Positions 29,869 to 38,386 of a DNA stretch of 64,000 nucleotides are shown one piece after another (position 1 is the stretch's first letter; each line of letters starts with the position of its first letter). The stretch covers positions 62,001 to 126,000 of IMG/VR virus record IMGVR_UViG_3300032236_002285, one strand, 5' to 3'. The notes beneath the pieces were generated by a model. That model had not been told where the DNA came from, did not search any database, and saw only the letters and a list, made by a program, of their open reading frames with translations. Made by a program: the position numbers and the translations under genes.

Positions 29869-29897
29869 TCGGTCTAAAAAAAATTAACAAAAACTCT

Positions 29898-30872
29898 ATG
29901 GCTAAAAAAGTTAGAGATGAAGAGGAATTTGATGATCTAGAAAATGATGATGAAATTGAATCAAGTGAGGAAGTTTTAGAAGAAGATCAGAAAGATGAAT
30001 CTGAAGATACTGATTTAGAAGGTGAAATAAGTATTAATGATGATGATGATGATGACATCGACCTTGTTATTGAAATAGACGAGGATGATCTTGATATTAC
30101 TGAACCTGATACTGAGGTGAAGACAGAAGAAACCACAGATGCTGAAGATGTTGTGCTTTCTAAACATAAAATTGAGGGTAAGCACTCATTAAAATATGAC
30201 TCTATCTTCAAAGGTAAAAAAGAAGATCCTTTAGATGAAGAAGATGGTAGTGGTTCTTTTGATTTATATCAAAAAGATACAATTGAAGTAGATAGATCGT
30301 CTAACTATTATTTTGAATCTATTGATAATGAAAAATATATTAGAGCTAAATTAGTTAAAGAAAAAGTATATGAAGTACTTGCTGAAAATACTACAATTAA
30401 TTTCTTAAATAATCGTAGAAAGCCTTCTAGAGCTGATTTTAATCAATATTATAATATTTTGAAAAACAATCTTCAAAGTGAAAGCTTCACTAATGTTGAG
30501 TTGTTTAATGAATTAGCTGTTTATTTCTCAGATAATTTATTTAATATGTTCAAATTGTTAGATAAAAAATGGAGAAATCTTATAATAACTGAATTACAAG
30601 ATCATATTGGCAGAACTACCAACTCCAAAGAAATTACTAATAGAAATATTTATGAAGGTACTGAGATTGAGTTTCAATGGCTTGATGAATTCTCAAATCA
30701 CTACATAACAATCACTGGTGATGTTGTTGAAGTTGATTATGAAAATTCAAAGTTTAAAGTTAATTCTTATGAAAGAATTTATGATGTAAATCTTGACATG
30801 ATTAGTAAGATCCTTAACAACACTAAGTTTAAACACAATCTAAATAAACTTAATAATATTGATTTTTTATAA
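29898..30872 (+). CDS. Hypothetical protein with very acidic N-terminus
   Basis: 324-aa ORF. Confidence 0.75.
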   Translation: MAKKVRDEEEFDDLENDDEIESSEEVLEEDQKDESEDTDLEGEISINDDDDDDIDLVIEIDEDDLDITEPDTEVKTEETTDAEDVVLSKHKIEGKHSLKYDSIFKGKKEDPLDEEDGSGSFDLYQKDTIEVDRSSNYYFESIDNEKYIRAKLVKEKVYEVLAENTTINFLNNRRKPSRADFNQYYNILKNNLQSESFTNVELFNELAVYFSDNLFNMFKLLDKKWRNLIITELQDHIGRTTNSKEITNRNIYEGTEIEFQWLDEFSNHYITITGDVVEVDYENSKFKVNSYERIYDVNLDMISKILNNTKFKHNLNKLNNIDFL

Positions 30873-30970
30873 TTTTTTAGGGTGTATAAAAAACCTCAAA
30901 AAAACAAAATTATAGAATTTTTAGTAAAAAAACGAACCAATATATAAAAGACAAAAAAAATTAATAAAGT

Positions 30971-33517
30971 ATGAACATAAAAGTAGTAAAAAGAAATGGG
31001 AAGAAAGAACCGGTAATGTTGGATAAAATCTTAGATAGAATTACACAGCAGACATATGGTTTAGATAAGTTGATTATCCCTTTTGAGGTAGCTCAAAAAG
31101 TAATTGAAGGTATCACTCCGGATATTAAAACATCGACATTAGACCAATTAGCAATGGAAACTGCTGCGGCTTTGGCAACAAAACATCCAGATTACTCAAT
31201 CTTAGCGGCAAGATTAGCAATCACAAACCTACACAAAGAAACTAAAAAGAGTTTTTCTGAAACGGTTACTGATTTGTATAAGTATATTGATCCAAAAACT
31301 GGTAAGCACTCACCAATAGTTTCTGAAGACTTCTATAACATCGTTAAGAAAAACGCAGATGATATTGATTCAGCTATTGTTCACTCAAGAGATCATAACT
31401 TTGATTACTTTGGTTTTAAAACATTAGAAAAATCATATCTTTTGAAACTGGATGGTAAAGTTGCAGAACGTCCTCAATATATGTATATGAGAACAGCTAT
31501 TCAAGTATGGGGTGAGAACTTAGAAAAAGTGATAGAGACTTATAATACACTATCAGAAGGCTACTATACGCATGCAACACCAACTTTATTCAACTCTGGT
31601 ACAACAAGACCACAATTATCATCTTGTTTCTTATTAGATTTAGAATCAGATTCAATTGAAGGTATCTTTAATACTCTTAAAGAATCGGCTCAAATCTCTA
31701 AAAACGCTGGTGGTATTGGTATTGCTTTCACTAAAGTAAGAGCTAAAGGAACTTACATCGCTGGTACTAACGGTACTTCAAACGGTATTATTCCTTTCTT
31801 GAAAATTTATAATGAAACTGCAAGAGCCGTTGACCAAGGTGGTGGAAAACGTAAAGGTTCAATTGCTATCTATATGGAACCTTGGCACTCAGATATTATG
31901 GAGTTCTTAGACCTTCGTAAAAACCAAGGTAAAGATGAAGTTCGTGCTCGTGACTTATTCTTGGCTATGTGGATGAATGATTTGTTTATGGAAAGAGTTG
32001 AACTTGATGAAGATTGGACTTTAATGTGTCCTCATGAGTGTTCTGGCTTAACAGAAACTTATGGTCAAGAGTTTAGAGACCTTTATATTAAATATGAAGG
32101 TATGGGTAAAGGTAAAAAAACTCTTAAAGCAAGAGAAGTTTGGAATAAAATTCTTGAATCTCAAATTGAAACAGGAACTCCTTACATTCTTTACAAAGAC
32201 TCTATCAATGAGAAATCAAACCAAGCTAACATCGGTGTGGTTAGAAGCTCTAACCTTTGTGCTGAAATTGTTGAGGCTACAGGTATTACAAAGACTCAAG
32301 GTGATATTTTGAAAAACAAAGAATTACTTACTAAATTAGGATTAGGTGAGTTTTATGGTCAAGAATCGGTAAATGAAACAGCTGTTTGTAATTTAGCTTC
32401 TATTGCACTTCCTAAGTTTGTTAATAAAAACAAAACTTATAATTTCAATAAATTGTATGAAGTTGCTTATGCTGCTACAATCAACTTAAACAATGTAATT
32501 GATGTGAACTTCTACCCATCACCTGCTGCTAAGTTTTCTAACTTATTACACAGACCAATTGGATTAGGTGTTCAAGGTTTAGCTGATGTATTCTTTATGT
32601 TAGGTTTGCCTTATGAGTCAGACGAAGCTAAAGTATTAAATAAAGAAATCTTTGAAACTATTTATTATGCTTCTATTAAAGCTTCTTGTGACTTAGCTAA
32701 AACAGAAGGCGCTTATGCTACTTATGAAGGATCACCTATCTCTCAAGGTAAATTACAATTCGACTTATGGGGTGTTACTCCAACTAAGAGATGGGATTGG
32801 GATAAATTAAGAGAAGATATTAGTAAGTATGGTGTTAGAAACTCGTTAACAACTTGCATCATGCCTACAGCTTCTACAGCATCTATTTTAGGTAATGAAG
32901 CATCTTGTGAAGCTCAAACTTCAAATATGTACACTCGTTCAGTTCTTTCTGGTACTTTTATCTTAGTTAATAAATATTTAGTTAAAGAATTGATTAAATT
33001 GAACTTATGGGGTGATTCTTTAAGAAAGAAAATTATTGCTGAAAATGGTTCTGTTCAGAATATTCCTGAAATACCAACAAATATTAAAGAAGTATTCAAA
33101 ACCGTTTATGAAATTAAACAAAGGGATGTTATTGATATGGCGGCTGATAGAGGTGCTTTTATCGACCAAACACAATCAATGAATATCTTTATGGATTCTC
33201 CAAACTTTGCGAAATTAACTTCAATGCACTTCTATGGTTGGGGTAGAAGAAACTTCATCTTAAATGCTGATGGTACTCCAAACATTCCTCAAGGTGATAC
33301 AATTGAAATCATTTATGATAAAGATGGTAAACCAAGATGTTATCGTGATAAGAAATCAAATCTTAAAACTGGTATCTATTACTTGAGAAACAAAGGTGCT
33401 ACTGATGCTGTTAAGTTCACAATTCAAGAAGAACAAAAGAAATCAGTTGAAGAACAAATGTCTGAAATCAGTTGTTCACTTGATAATCCAGATGATTGTT
33501 TAGCTTGTGGTGCTTAA
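30971..33517 (+). CDS. nrdA: Class Ia ribonucleotide reductase alpha subunit with ATP cone
   Basis: VVKRNG ATP cone, ATPTLFN, QLSSCF, SNLCAEI, MPTAS, KTGIYYLR, C-terminal CLAC. Confidence 0.97.
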   Translation: MNIKVVKRNGKKEPVMLDKILDRITQQTYGLDKLIIPFEVAQKVIEGITPDIKTSTLDQLAMETAAALATKHPDYSILAARLAITNLHKETKKSFSETVTDLYKYIDPKTGKHSPIVSEDFYNIVKKNADDIDSAIVHSRDHNFDYFGFKTLEKSYLLKLDGKVAERPQYMYMRTAIQVWGENLEKVIETYNTLSEGYYTHATPTLFNSGTTRPQLSSCFLLDLESDSIEGIFNTLKESAQISKNAGGIGIAFTKVRAKGTYIAGTNGTSNGIIPFLKIYNETARAVDQGGGKRKGSIAIYMEPWHSDIMEFLDLRKNQGKDEVRARDLFLAMWMNDLFMERVELDEDWTLMCPHECSGLTETYGQEFRDLYIKYEGMGKGKKTLKAREVWNKILESQIETGTPYILYKDSINEKSNQANIGVVRSSNLCAEIVEATGITKTQGDILKNKELLTKLGLGEFYGQESVNETAVCNLASIALPKFVNKNKTYNFNKLYEVAYAATINLNNVIDVNFYPSPAAKFSNLLHRPIGLGVQGLADVFFMLGLPYESDEAKVLNKEIFETIYYASIKASCDLAKTEGAYATYEGSPISQGKLQFDLWGVTPTKRWDWDKLREDISKYGVRNSLTTCIMPTASTASILGNEASCEAQTSNMYTRSVLSGTFILVNKYLVKELIKLNLWGDSLRKKIIAENGSVQNIPEIPTNIKEVFKTVYEIKQRDVIDMAADRGAFIDQTQSMNIFMDSPNFAKLTSMHFYGWGRRNFILNADGTPNIPQGDTIEIIYDKDGKPRCYRDKKSNLKTGIYYLRNKGATDAVKFTIQEEQKKSVEEQMSEISCSLDNPDDCLACGA

Positions 33518-33536
33518 TCATTAATAATTAATATTG

Positions 33537-33566
33537 AAAGAGATTGTAACAACAATCTCTTTTTTT
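33537..33566 (+). terminator. Terminator after nrdA
   Basis: aaagagattgt-aaca-acaatctcttttttt. Confidence 0.8.
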
Positions 33567-33594
33567 ATTATATAAAATAAAAAGAATAATTTTT

Positions 33595-34239
33595 ATGAAT
33601 AAAATTGAAATAGATGGTAAGTTAGATAAAAGCTGGGTCATTGAATTGATGGCTAATGGTTATAACACTTATGATATAGCTACAAACTATGAACTACCAG
33701 AAGAAACTATTTTAGAATGTGCCGATCTTTTAGATAAAGAAGTTCTTTTACAAGGTTTGAACTTTTCAGAGAGTTTTATAGTTAAAGCTATAAAGTCTGA
33801 GTTCTTTTCTACTGAAGATATTGGTGAATTAAATATGACAACTTATTCTAATTTATCAAAAGAGTTTATATCTAAGTATGAAAATTATATTAATTGGAAT
33901 AGAATGATTCTTTATATTTCTACTCAATCAGATTCATTTGATAAATATACTGATATTATTGATAGTAAAGGCTTGTGGAGAGTTATAAGTGTTAATGACT
34001 TACCAATTGATTTTATTAGACAATGGAAAGATAAATTAGATTGGTCTTATTTATCAATGGTTAAATATTTTAGCGAAGATGAAAAGCTAGAATTTGCTGA
34101 TTATATAATGACACCTGTTCAGAAAGATTTGGGTAGTGAAAGCCTTATTAATACTGATGATTTGAAGTTTACTGATAAGATGTCTGATGAAGAATTGGAA
34201 AATTTAATTTACGAAATTTCTAAACATATTGATAAATAA
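33595..34239 (+). CDS. Hypothetical helical-repeat protein (INW/LDW repeats)
   Basis: YINWNRM and KLDWSYLS repeats. Confidence 0.7.
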   Translation: MNKIEIDGKLDKSWVIELMANGYNTYDIATNYELPEETILECADLLDKEVLLQGLNFSESFIVKAIKSEFFSTEDIGELNMTTYSNLSKEFISKYENYINWNRMILYISTQSDSFDKYTDIIDSKGLWRVISVNDLPIDFIRQWKDKLDWSYLSMVKYFSEDEKLEFADYIMTPVQKDLGSESLINTDDLKFTDKMSDEELENLIYEISKHIDK

Positions 34240-34389
34240 AACATATAACTTGTCTGTAAATAATCCACCTTTGAAAAAATTGAAATTTTAGAGGTTGATA
34301 TATACTAAACAAAATAAAAATTGAATTTTTTTTTGAAGATTTAAAACTTTTTGAATCTTCTTATATAAAAGAAAGACAATTAAATTATT

Positions 34390-34454
34390 CCAGTAGTGAA
34401 TTGAAGTGTTACTTCGCTAGGATTGAAAAAACACACTTTGATAACTTACTCTGG
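34390..34454 (+). ncRNA. Short Y-like RNA (Ro-binding stem only)
   Basis: ccag-UAGUGA-auugaagu..UACUUCG..acuuugau-AAC-UUACU-cugg; same architecture as 34470-34756; upstream of Ro60. Confidence 0.7.
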
Positions 34455-34469
34455 TCAACATAATTAAAA

Positions 34470-34756
34470 CGCAAGCATAGCGATAGTTTGAGATACTTCG
34501 ATACAAATATCAATTACTATGACAGCCAAAGTGCCGAGCCGACAGCAAAGCTACCACCGACAAGTGTCACACTTGTAGGTTCAATCTCTAACGAGTTTGG
34601 TAAAATGGTGAAAAGTCCGAAAAGCAACCACGTTAAAGGTCTAAGGAATTCAGAAACTTCCTTTAAATAAAGAACTGAGTGAGATAGTCACTATAACCAT
34701 CGGCAAAGTTTCGGGAGAATTCTTTGTAACGCTTAGGCTAAATTTACTTGTTTGCG
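34470..34756 (+). ncRNA. Long Y-like RNA (287 nt) with a large internal domain
   Basis: cgcaagca/uguuugcg terminal stem; UAGCGA/UUACU; 9-bp uaguuugag/cuuaggcua stem; UACUUCG; T-loop-like UUCAAUC hairpin; GC-enriched relative to flanks. Confidence 0.75.
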
Positions 34757-34764
34757 ATAATTAT

Positions 34765-34807
34765 AAAAGACCAGATTAACAGAAATGTTATCTGGTCTTT
34801 TTTTTTT
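34765..34807 (+). terminator. Terminator between the Y-like RNAs and Ro60
   Basis: aaaagaccagat(t)aaca-gaaa-tgttatctggtcttttttttt. Confidence 0.85.
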
Positions 34808-34841
34808 GTAAAAAAATTAATAAAAATTAAAAATATAGATT

Positions 34842-36293
34842 ATGTCAAAATTTAACACAACAATGCCAAAGGCAAAGACTTTAACTGAAAACTTAGCAGG
34901 TGGACAAGCTTATTCACAATCTGATGAATTGGCTTTGGTATCACTATTATTAACATCATTTGTTAATGACCAGTTTTATAGAAATGCTCAAACATCATTA
35001 GATGAGTTGAGAAGACTTTCTGCTAAAGTGAAAGATAAAGAGTTTGTTGCTAAGGCGGCTATCTTTGCTCGTGACCGTTTCGGTATGAGAAGTATTACTC
35101 ATGCTCTTGCTGGTGAATTAACTTCACAACTATCGGGTGCTGAGTGGGGTAAAAACTTCTACGACAAAGTAGTTGTTCGTGTTGATGATATGACTGAAAT
35201 CATGTCATACTACTTAGCTTATAAGACTTCTAAAGATAGTCCTAAGTTTCCAAACGCCTTGAAGAAAGGTTTTGCTAAGGCTTTTGATAAGTTTGATGGT
35301 TACCAATTAGCTAAGTACAAAGGTGACAACAAAGAAGTGAAACTTGTTGACTTGGTTAACATTGTTCACCCAGTTCCTACCTTTAGAAACAAAGCGGCTC
35401 TTGAGTCACTTGTTAAAGGTGAGTTGAAAAACACACAAACTTGGGAATCTATGTTGTCTCAAGCTGGTCAAGTAGCTGAGTCTGAAGAAGACTTGACTAA
35501 ATTGAAGTCTGATGCTTGGTCTGAATTGATTTCTACTAAGAAGATTGGTTACTTTGCGCTTCTTAGAAACTTGAGAAACATTATCACTCAAGCCCCAACA
35601 GCTGTTAAATCAGCTTGTGAAATGTTAGTTGATGAAAAGTTGATTAAGAACTCAAGAGTTCTTCCATTCCGTTTCTCAACTGCTTATGAAGAAATCAGTA
35701 AGATTGGTTCTTCTAAAGAAGTAAGAGATGTTCTTATGGCAATTAACCAAGCGCTTGATATTTCTGTTGCTAACGTACCAGTATTTGACGGTGAAACACT
35801 TGTTGTTATGGACGTCTCTGGTTCTATGAGTGGTAGACCATCTGAGATTGCGTCATTGTTTGGTGCTATCTTGGCTAAAGTTAATAACTGTGATGTTATG
35901 ACTTTCTCTACTGATGCTAAGTATATGTCTTATAATCCAATGGATTCTGTAATGACTATTAGAAATAGCTTCAGATTCTCTGGTGGTGGAACAAACTTCC
36001 GTTCTATCTTCCAGAAGGCTAACAAGAAGTATGACAGAGTTATTATCTTGTCAGACATGCAAGGTTGGGTGGGTTATACTAGTCCATCTGCGGACTTTTC
36101 TCAGTATAAAAAGAAATACAGTGCTAACCCATTTGTATATTCTTGGGATCTTGCTGGTTACTCTACACTTCAATTCCCAGAACAAAATGTCTTTGCTTTG
36201 GCTGGATTCAGTGATAAGGTTTTTCAAATAATGTCTCTTCTTGAAGAAGATAAACAAGCATTATTGAATGAAGTCAGAAGCATAAAAATATAA
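34842..36293 (+). CDS. rsr: Ro60/TROVE-domain ribonucleoprotein
   Basis: NLAGGQAY, LAKYK, HP, TWE, ALLRNLRNI, VLPFRF; vWA MIDAS DVSGSM, GGT, IILSD. Confidence 0.95.
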   Translation: MSKFNTTMPKAKTLTENLAGGQAYSQSDELALVSLLLTSFVNDQFYRNAQTSLDELRRLSAKVKDKEFVAKAAIFARDRFGMRSITHALAGELTSQLSGAEWGKNFYDKVVVRVDDMTEIMSYYLAYKTSKDSPKFPNALKKGFAKAFDKFDGYQLAKYKGDNKEVKLVDLVNIVHPVPTFRNKAALESLVKGELKNTQTWESMLSQAGQVAESEEDLTKLKSDAWSELISTKKIGYFALLRNLRNIITQAPTAVKSACEMLVDEKLIKNSRVLPFRFSTAYEEISKIGSSKEVRDVLMAINQALDISVANVPVFDGETLVVMDVSGSMSGRPSEIASLFGAILAKVNNCDVMTFSTDAKYMSYNPMDSVMTIRNSFRFSGGGTNFRSIFQKANKKYDRVIILSDMQGWVGYTSPSADFSQYKKKYSANPFVYSWDLAGYSTLQFPEQNVFALAGFSDKVFQIMSLLEEDKQALLNEVRSIKI

Positions 36294-36758
36294 TTATGCT
36301 TCTGGTTTTCTAACCTCATTATTTTCATGTCTTTTTATCCAATTACAATTATGACATAATATTTGATAAGTGTTATCGGTATCCGATAACACTTTTTTGT
36401 AATATGAAAAAACAGATGAACGACTTTTAAGCTCTTTATAACCACCTCCATTTATATGATCTATACATAAAGCTCTCTTGTCTTCAAATCCACATCTTGA
36501 ACAAGAGTGTCCTAGTTTGTCAAATATTTTTTCTTTAATATCACCTAATTTGTCTTTAGACCATTCTTTTTGATATACTCTTCTATAATCCTTATTATTT
36601 TCCTTCCACTCTTTTTGTTTCTCTTTCTTTCTTAAAATTCTTTCAGGATTTTCCAATTTATCCTTTTCATATTTTTTTTTATTTAGAGCTTTAATTTTTT
36701 CTGGATTATTTTTTCTCCATTGTCTAATATATTCTCTTTTTTCTTCTATTGTTTTCAT
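36294..36758 (-). mobile_element. HNH-type (beta-beta-alpha-metal) endonuclease
   Basis: CSRC...IDHI...LCHNCN; basic helical N-terminus. Confidence 0.75.
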
Positions 36759-36899
36759 TTACTTATTATCATTTTTTATATCAATGTAGATATATCTACC
36801 TGATGGAAGTGTTTCTACTTTTATCCATCCTTTTTTAACCCAATTACTAAGAGTATTTCTTGTAATGTTGTATTTTTCCATTATTTCTTTTGCTTTCAT
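36759..36899 (-). CDS. MerR/IS607-type HTH mini-protein (46 aa, not in the ORF track)
   Basis: MKAKEIMEKYNITRNTLSNWVKKGWIKVETLPSGRYIY; TAAATG coupling to the HNH gene. Confidence 0.65.
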   Translation of the reverse strand: MKAKEIMEKYNITRNTLSNWVKKGWIKVETLPSGRYIYIDIKNDNK

Positions 36900-36996
36900 A
36901 ATTTATATATTAAATCAGAAAAATCATTTTTGTATATTTTTGTATATTTAATAACAAGGTCTTAATAAAATAATATATAAAGAAAATAAAAATGAC

Positions 36997-37284
36997 ATGA
37001 AAATAGATAAATTTAATGAATTTGTTAGCTCTGAAATATACACTCTTATAGAAAAATCTGAATCCACGCCATTGTCTGATCCAATAGCTATTTCACAAAG
37101 AGATTCCTACAAAAAGTTACTATCTATGGGTGATAAAGTACTACCATATATTTTAGAAAGAAAATCATACATATGGAATATAGCTCTTAAAGAGTTAACC
37201 GGTGTTGAACCTATTGGTGATAAGAGTAGTGAGATAATGGAATTTTGGGAAAAATGGTCAATTGAAAATGGTTATAAGAAGTGA
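36997..37284 (+). CDS. Hypothetical protein with CTS-like N-terminus
   Basis: MKIDKFNEF; TAATATATA upstream. Confidence 0.7.
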   Translation: MKIDKFNEFVSSEIYTLIEKSESTPLSDPIAISQRDSYKKLLSMGDKVLPYILERKSYIWNIALKELTGVEPIGDKSSEIMEFWEKWSIENGYKK

Positions 37285-37696
37285 TATTGAATATTGGTTT
37301 CCTAATATAGTAGGTAAAAATTTTAAAATAATAAAATCTGAAGGTGATTTTAATTGTGTCTCATATACATTGGATATATATGATGGTTGGATGTGGACAA
37401 ATACTGAAATTTGGCCATATGATAAAATACCCAGAGATTCAGGAATTAATGGTTTTAAAAATTTATATAACTTATATGGATATTTTGAGTGTGAGAATGC
37501 AAATTTTGAGGAGGGATTTGAAAAAGTAGCATTTTATTCAAAAAATGGATATCCAACTCATGCTTCTAAACAATTTGGTAATATTTGGCGCAGTAAACTA
37601 GGTCCCTCTGTTATAATAGAGCACGAAAAAAGTAAACTAAAAACCCACTCAATTGAGTGGGCTTTTTTAATCTCTAAAAATATAATCATCGATTGA
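37262..37696 (+). CDS. Papain-like Cys-His protein, probably C-terminally truncated
   Basis: FNCVSY, THASKQ, WRSKLG; the last codons run through a terminator into the convergent gene. Confidence 0.5.
   Translation: MKMVIRSDIEYWFPNIVGKNFKIIKSEGDFNCVSYTLDIYDGWMWTNTEIWPYDKIPRDSGINGFKNLYNLYGYFECENANFEEGFEKVAFYSKNGYPTHASKQFGNIWRSKLGPSVIIEHEKSKLKTHSIEWAFLISKNIIID
37639..37668. terminator. Bidirectional terminator
   Basis: aaaaacccactc-aatt-gagtgggctttttt. Confidence 0.75.
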
Positions 37697-38386
37697 GTTG
37701 GTTATTTCAATTTCATCTATTGTGAATTGTTTAGTTGTTTTATTATATGATCCTACTCTGTATAAATCATCATTAACGAAAACACCAACTTGAATATAGT
37801 CTTCATCATCAACGGTATCCATATATCTATCAAAGTCTATATTATCCTCTTTATAAATATCTCTAAGTCTTTTTAATCCAGCTAAATATTCTTTATCTTG
37901 AAAATTAATATAATCTGTATAAGATTTTTTCAATTCTTCTGTACTTATTTCATTGCTAATAAAATATATTTCAAAAGTATGAACAACTCTTTCATGTCCG
38001 TTTGTTTTATCTATATTATATTCACTTTTTTCAAGTTTTAATCCTTCTTCTTCAACTCTATCTATCATTTCTTCTACAGAAATTTTAATAGTATTTAGAT
38101 TTTCAAGAACCTTATTGAAATTATTTTTACCTGGAACTAAACTGTATTGAATTTGACAAGTGTAAAGTAATCTATATTTTTCATTATCATCAACCTCAGT
38201 ATTAACAGCATGACCTTTTGAGTCAATTAGATATCTGTAGTTATTAACTCTAGCAAAGTCTTTGACATCAACTAAACTATCATTGAATATATCGGTTGAT
38301 ATAGCTTTAGATTTTATGAAATCCGAATATTCTTGAGATGTTCCAAAAGACTCTTTAATAAAGTCATTATACCTCTTTAATCTCAT
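37667..38386 (-). CDS. Hypothetical protein with CTS-like N-terminus
   Basis: MRLKRYNDFIKES. Confidence 0.7.
   Translation of the reverse strand: MRLKRYNDFIKESFGTSQEYSDFIKSKAISTDIFNDSLVDVKDFARVNNYRYLIDSKGHAVNTEVDDNEKYRLLYTCQIQYSLVPGKNNFNKVLENLNTIKISVEEMIDRVEEEGLKLEKSEYNIDKTNGHERVVHTFEIYFISNEISTEELKKSYTDYINFQDKEYLAGLKRLRDIYKEDNIDFDRYMDTVDDEDYIQVGVFVNDDLYRVGSYNKTTKQFTIDEIEITNSIDDYIFRD

Noticed and set aside
29898-30200. GAT/GAA-rich low-complexity DNA as a repeat element
   Set aside because: It simply encodes an Asp/Glu-rich protein region
30971-33517. Intein or intron in nrdA (short insertions near AEIVEATGIT.. and GRRNFILNADG..)
   Set aside because: The insertions are only tens of residues, lack intein C/S..HN termini, and the frame is continuous
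34488-34670. 60-aa ORF in the ORF track
   Set aside because: TTG start, no recognisable domain, and it lies wholly inside the structured long Y-like RNA
34520-34730. Group I intron or RNase P reading of the long-RNA insert (gtgccgagcc, gagatagtc, tttcgggagaa, aaagtgcc, gaaaagtcc resemble conserved elements)
   Set aside because: The elements are out of canonical order, there is no GACUA partner for a P7 helix, and no GGAAAGUCC near the 5' end; resemblance alone is insufficient without a covariance search
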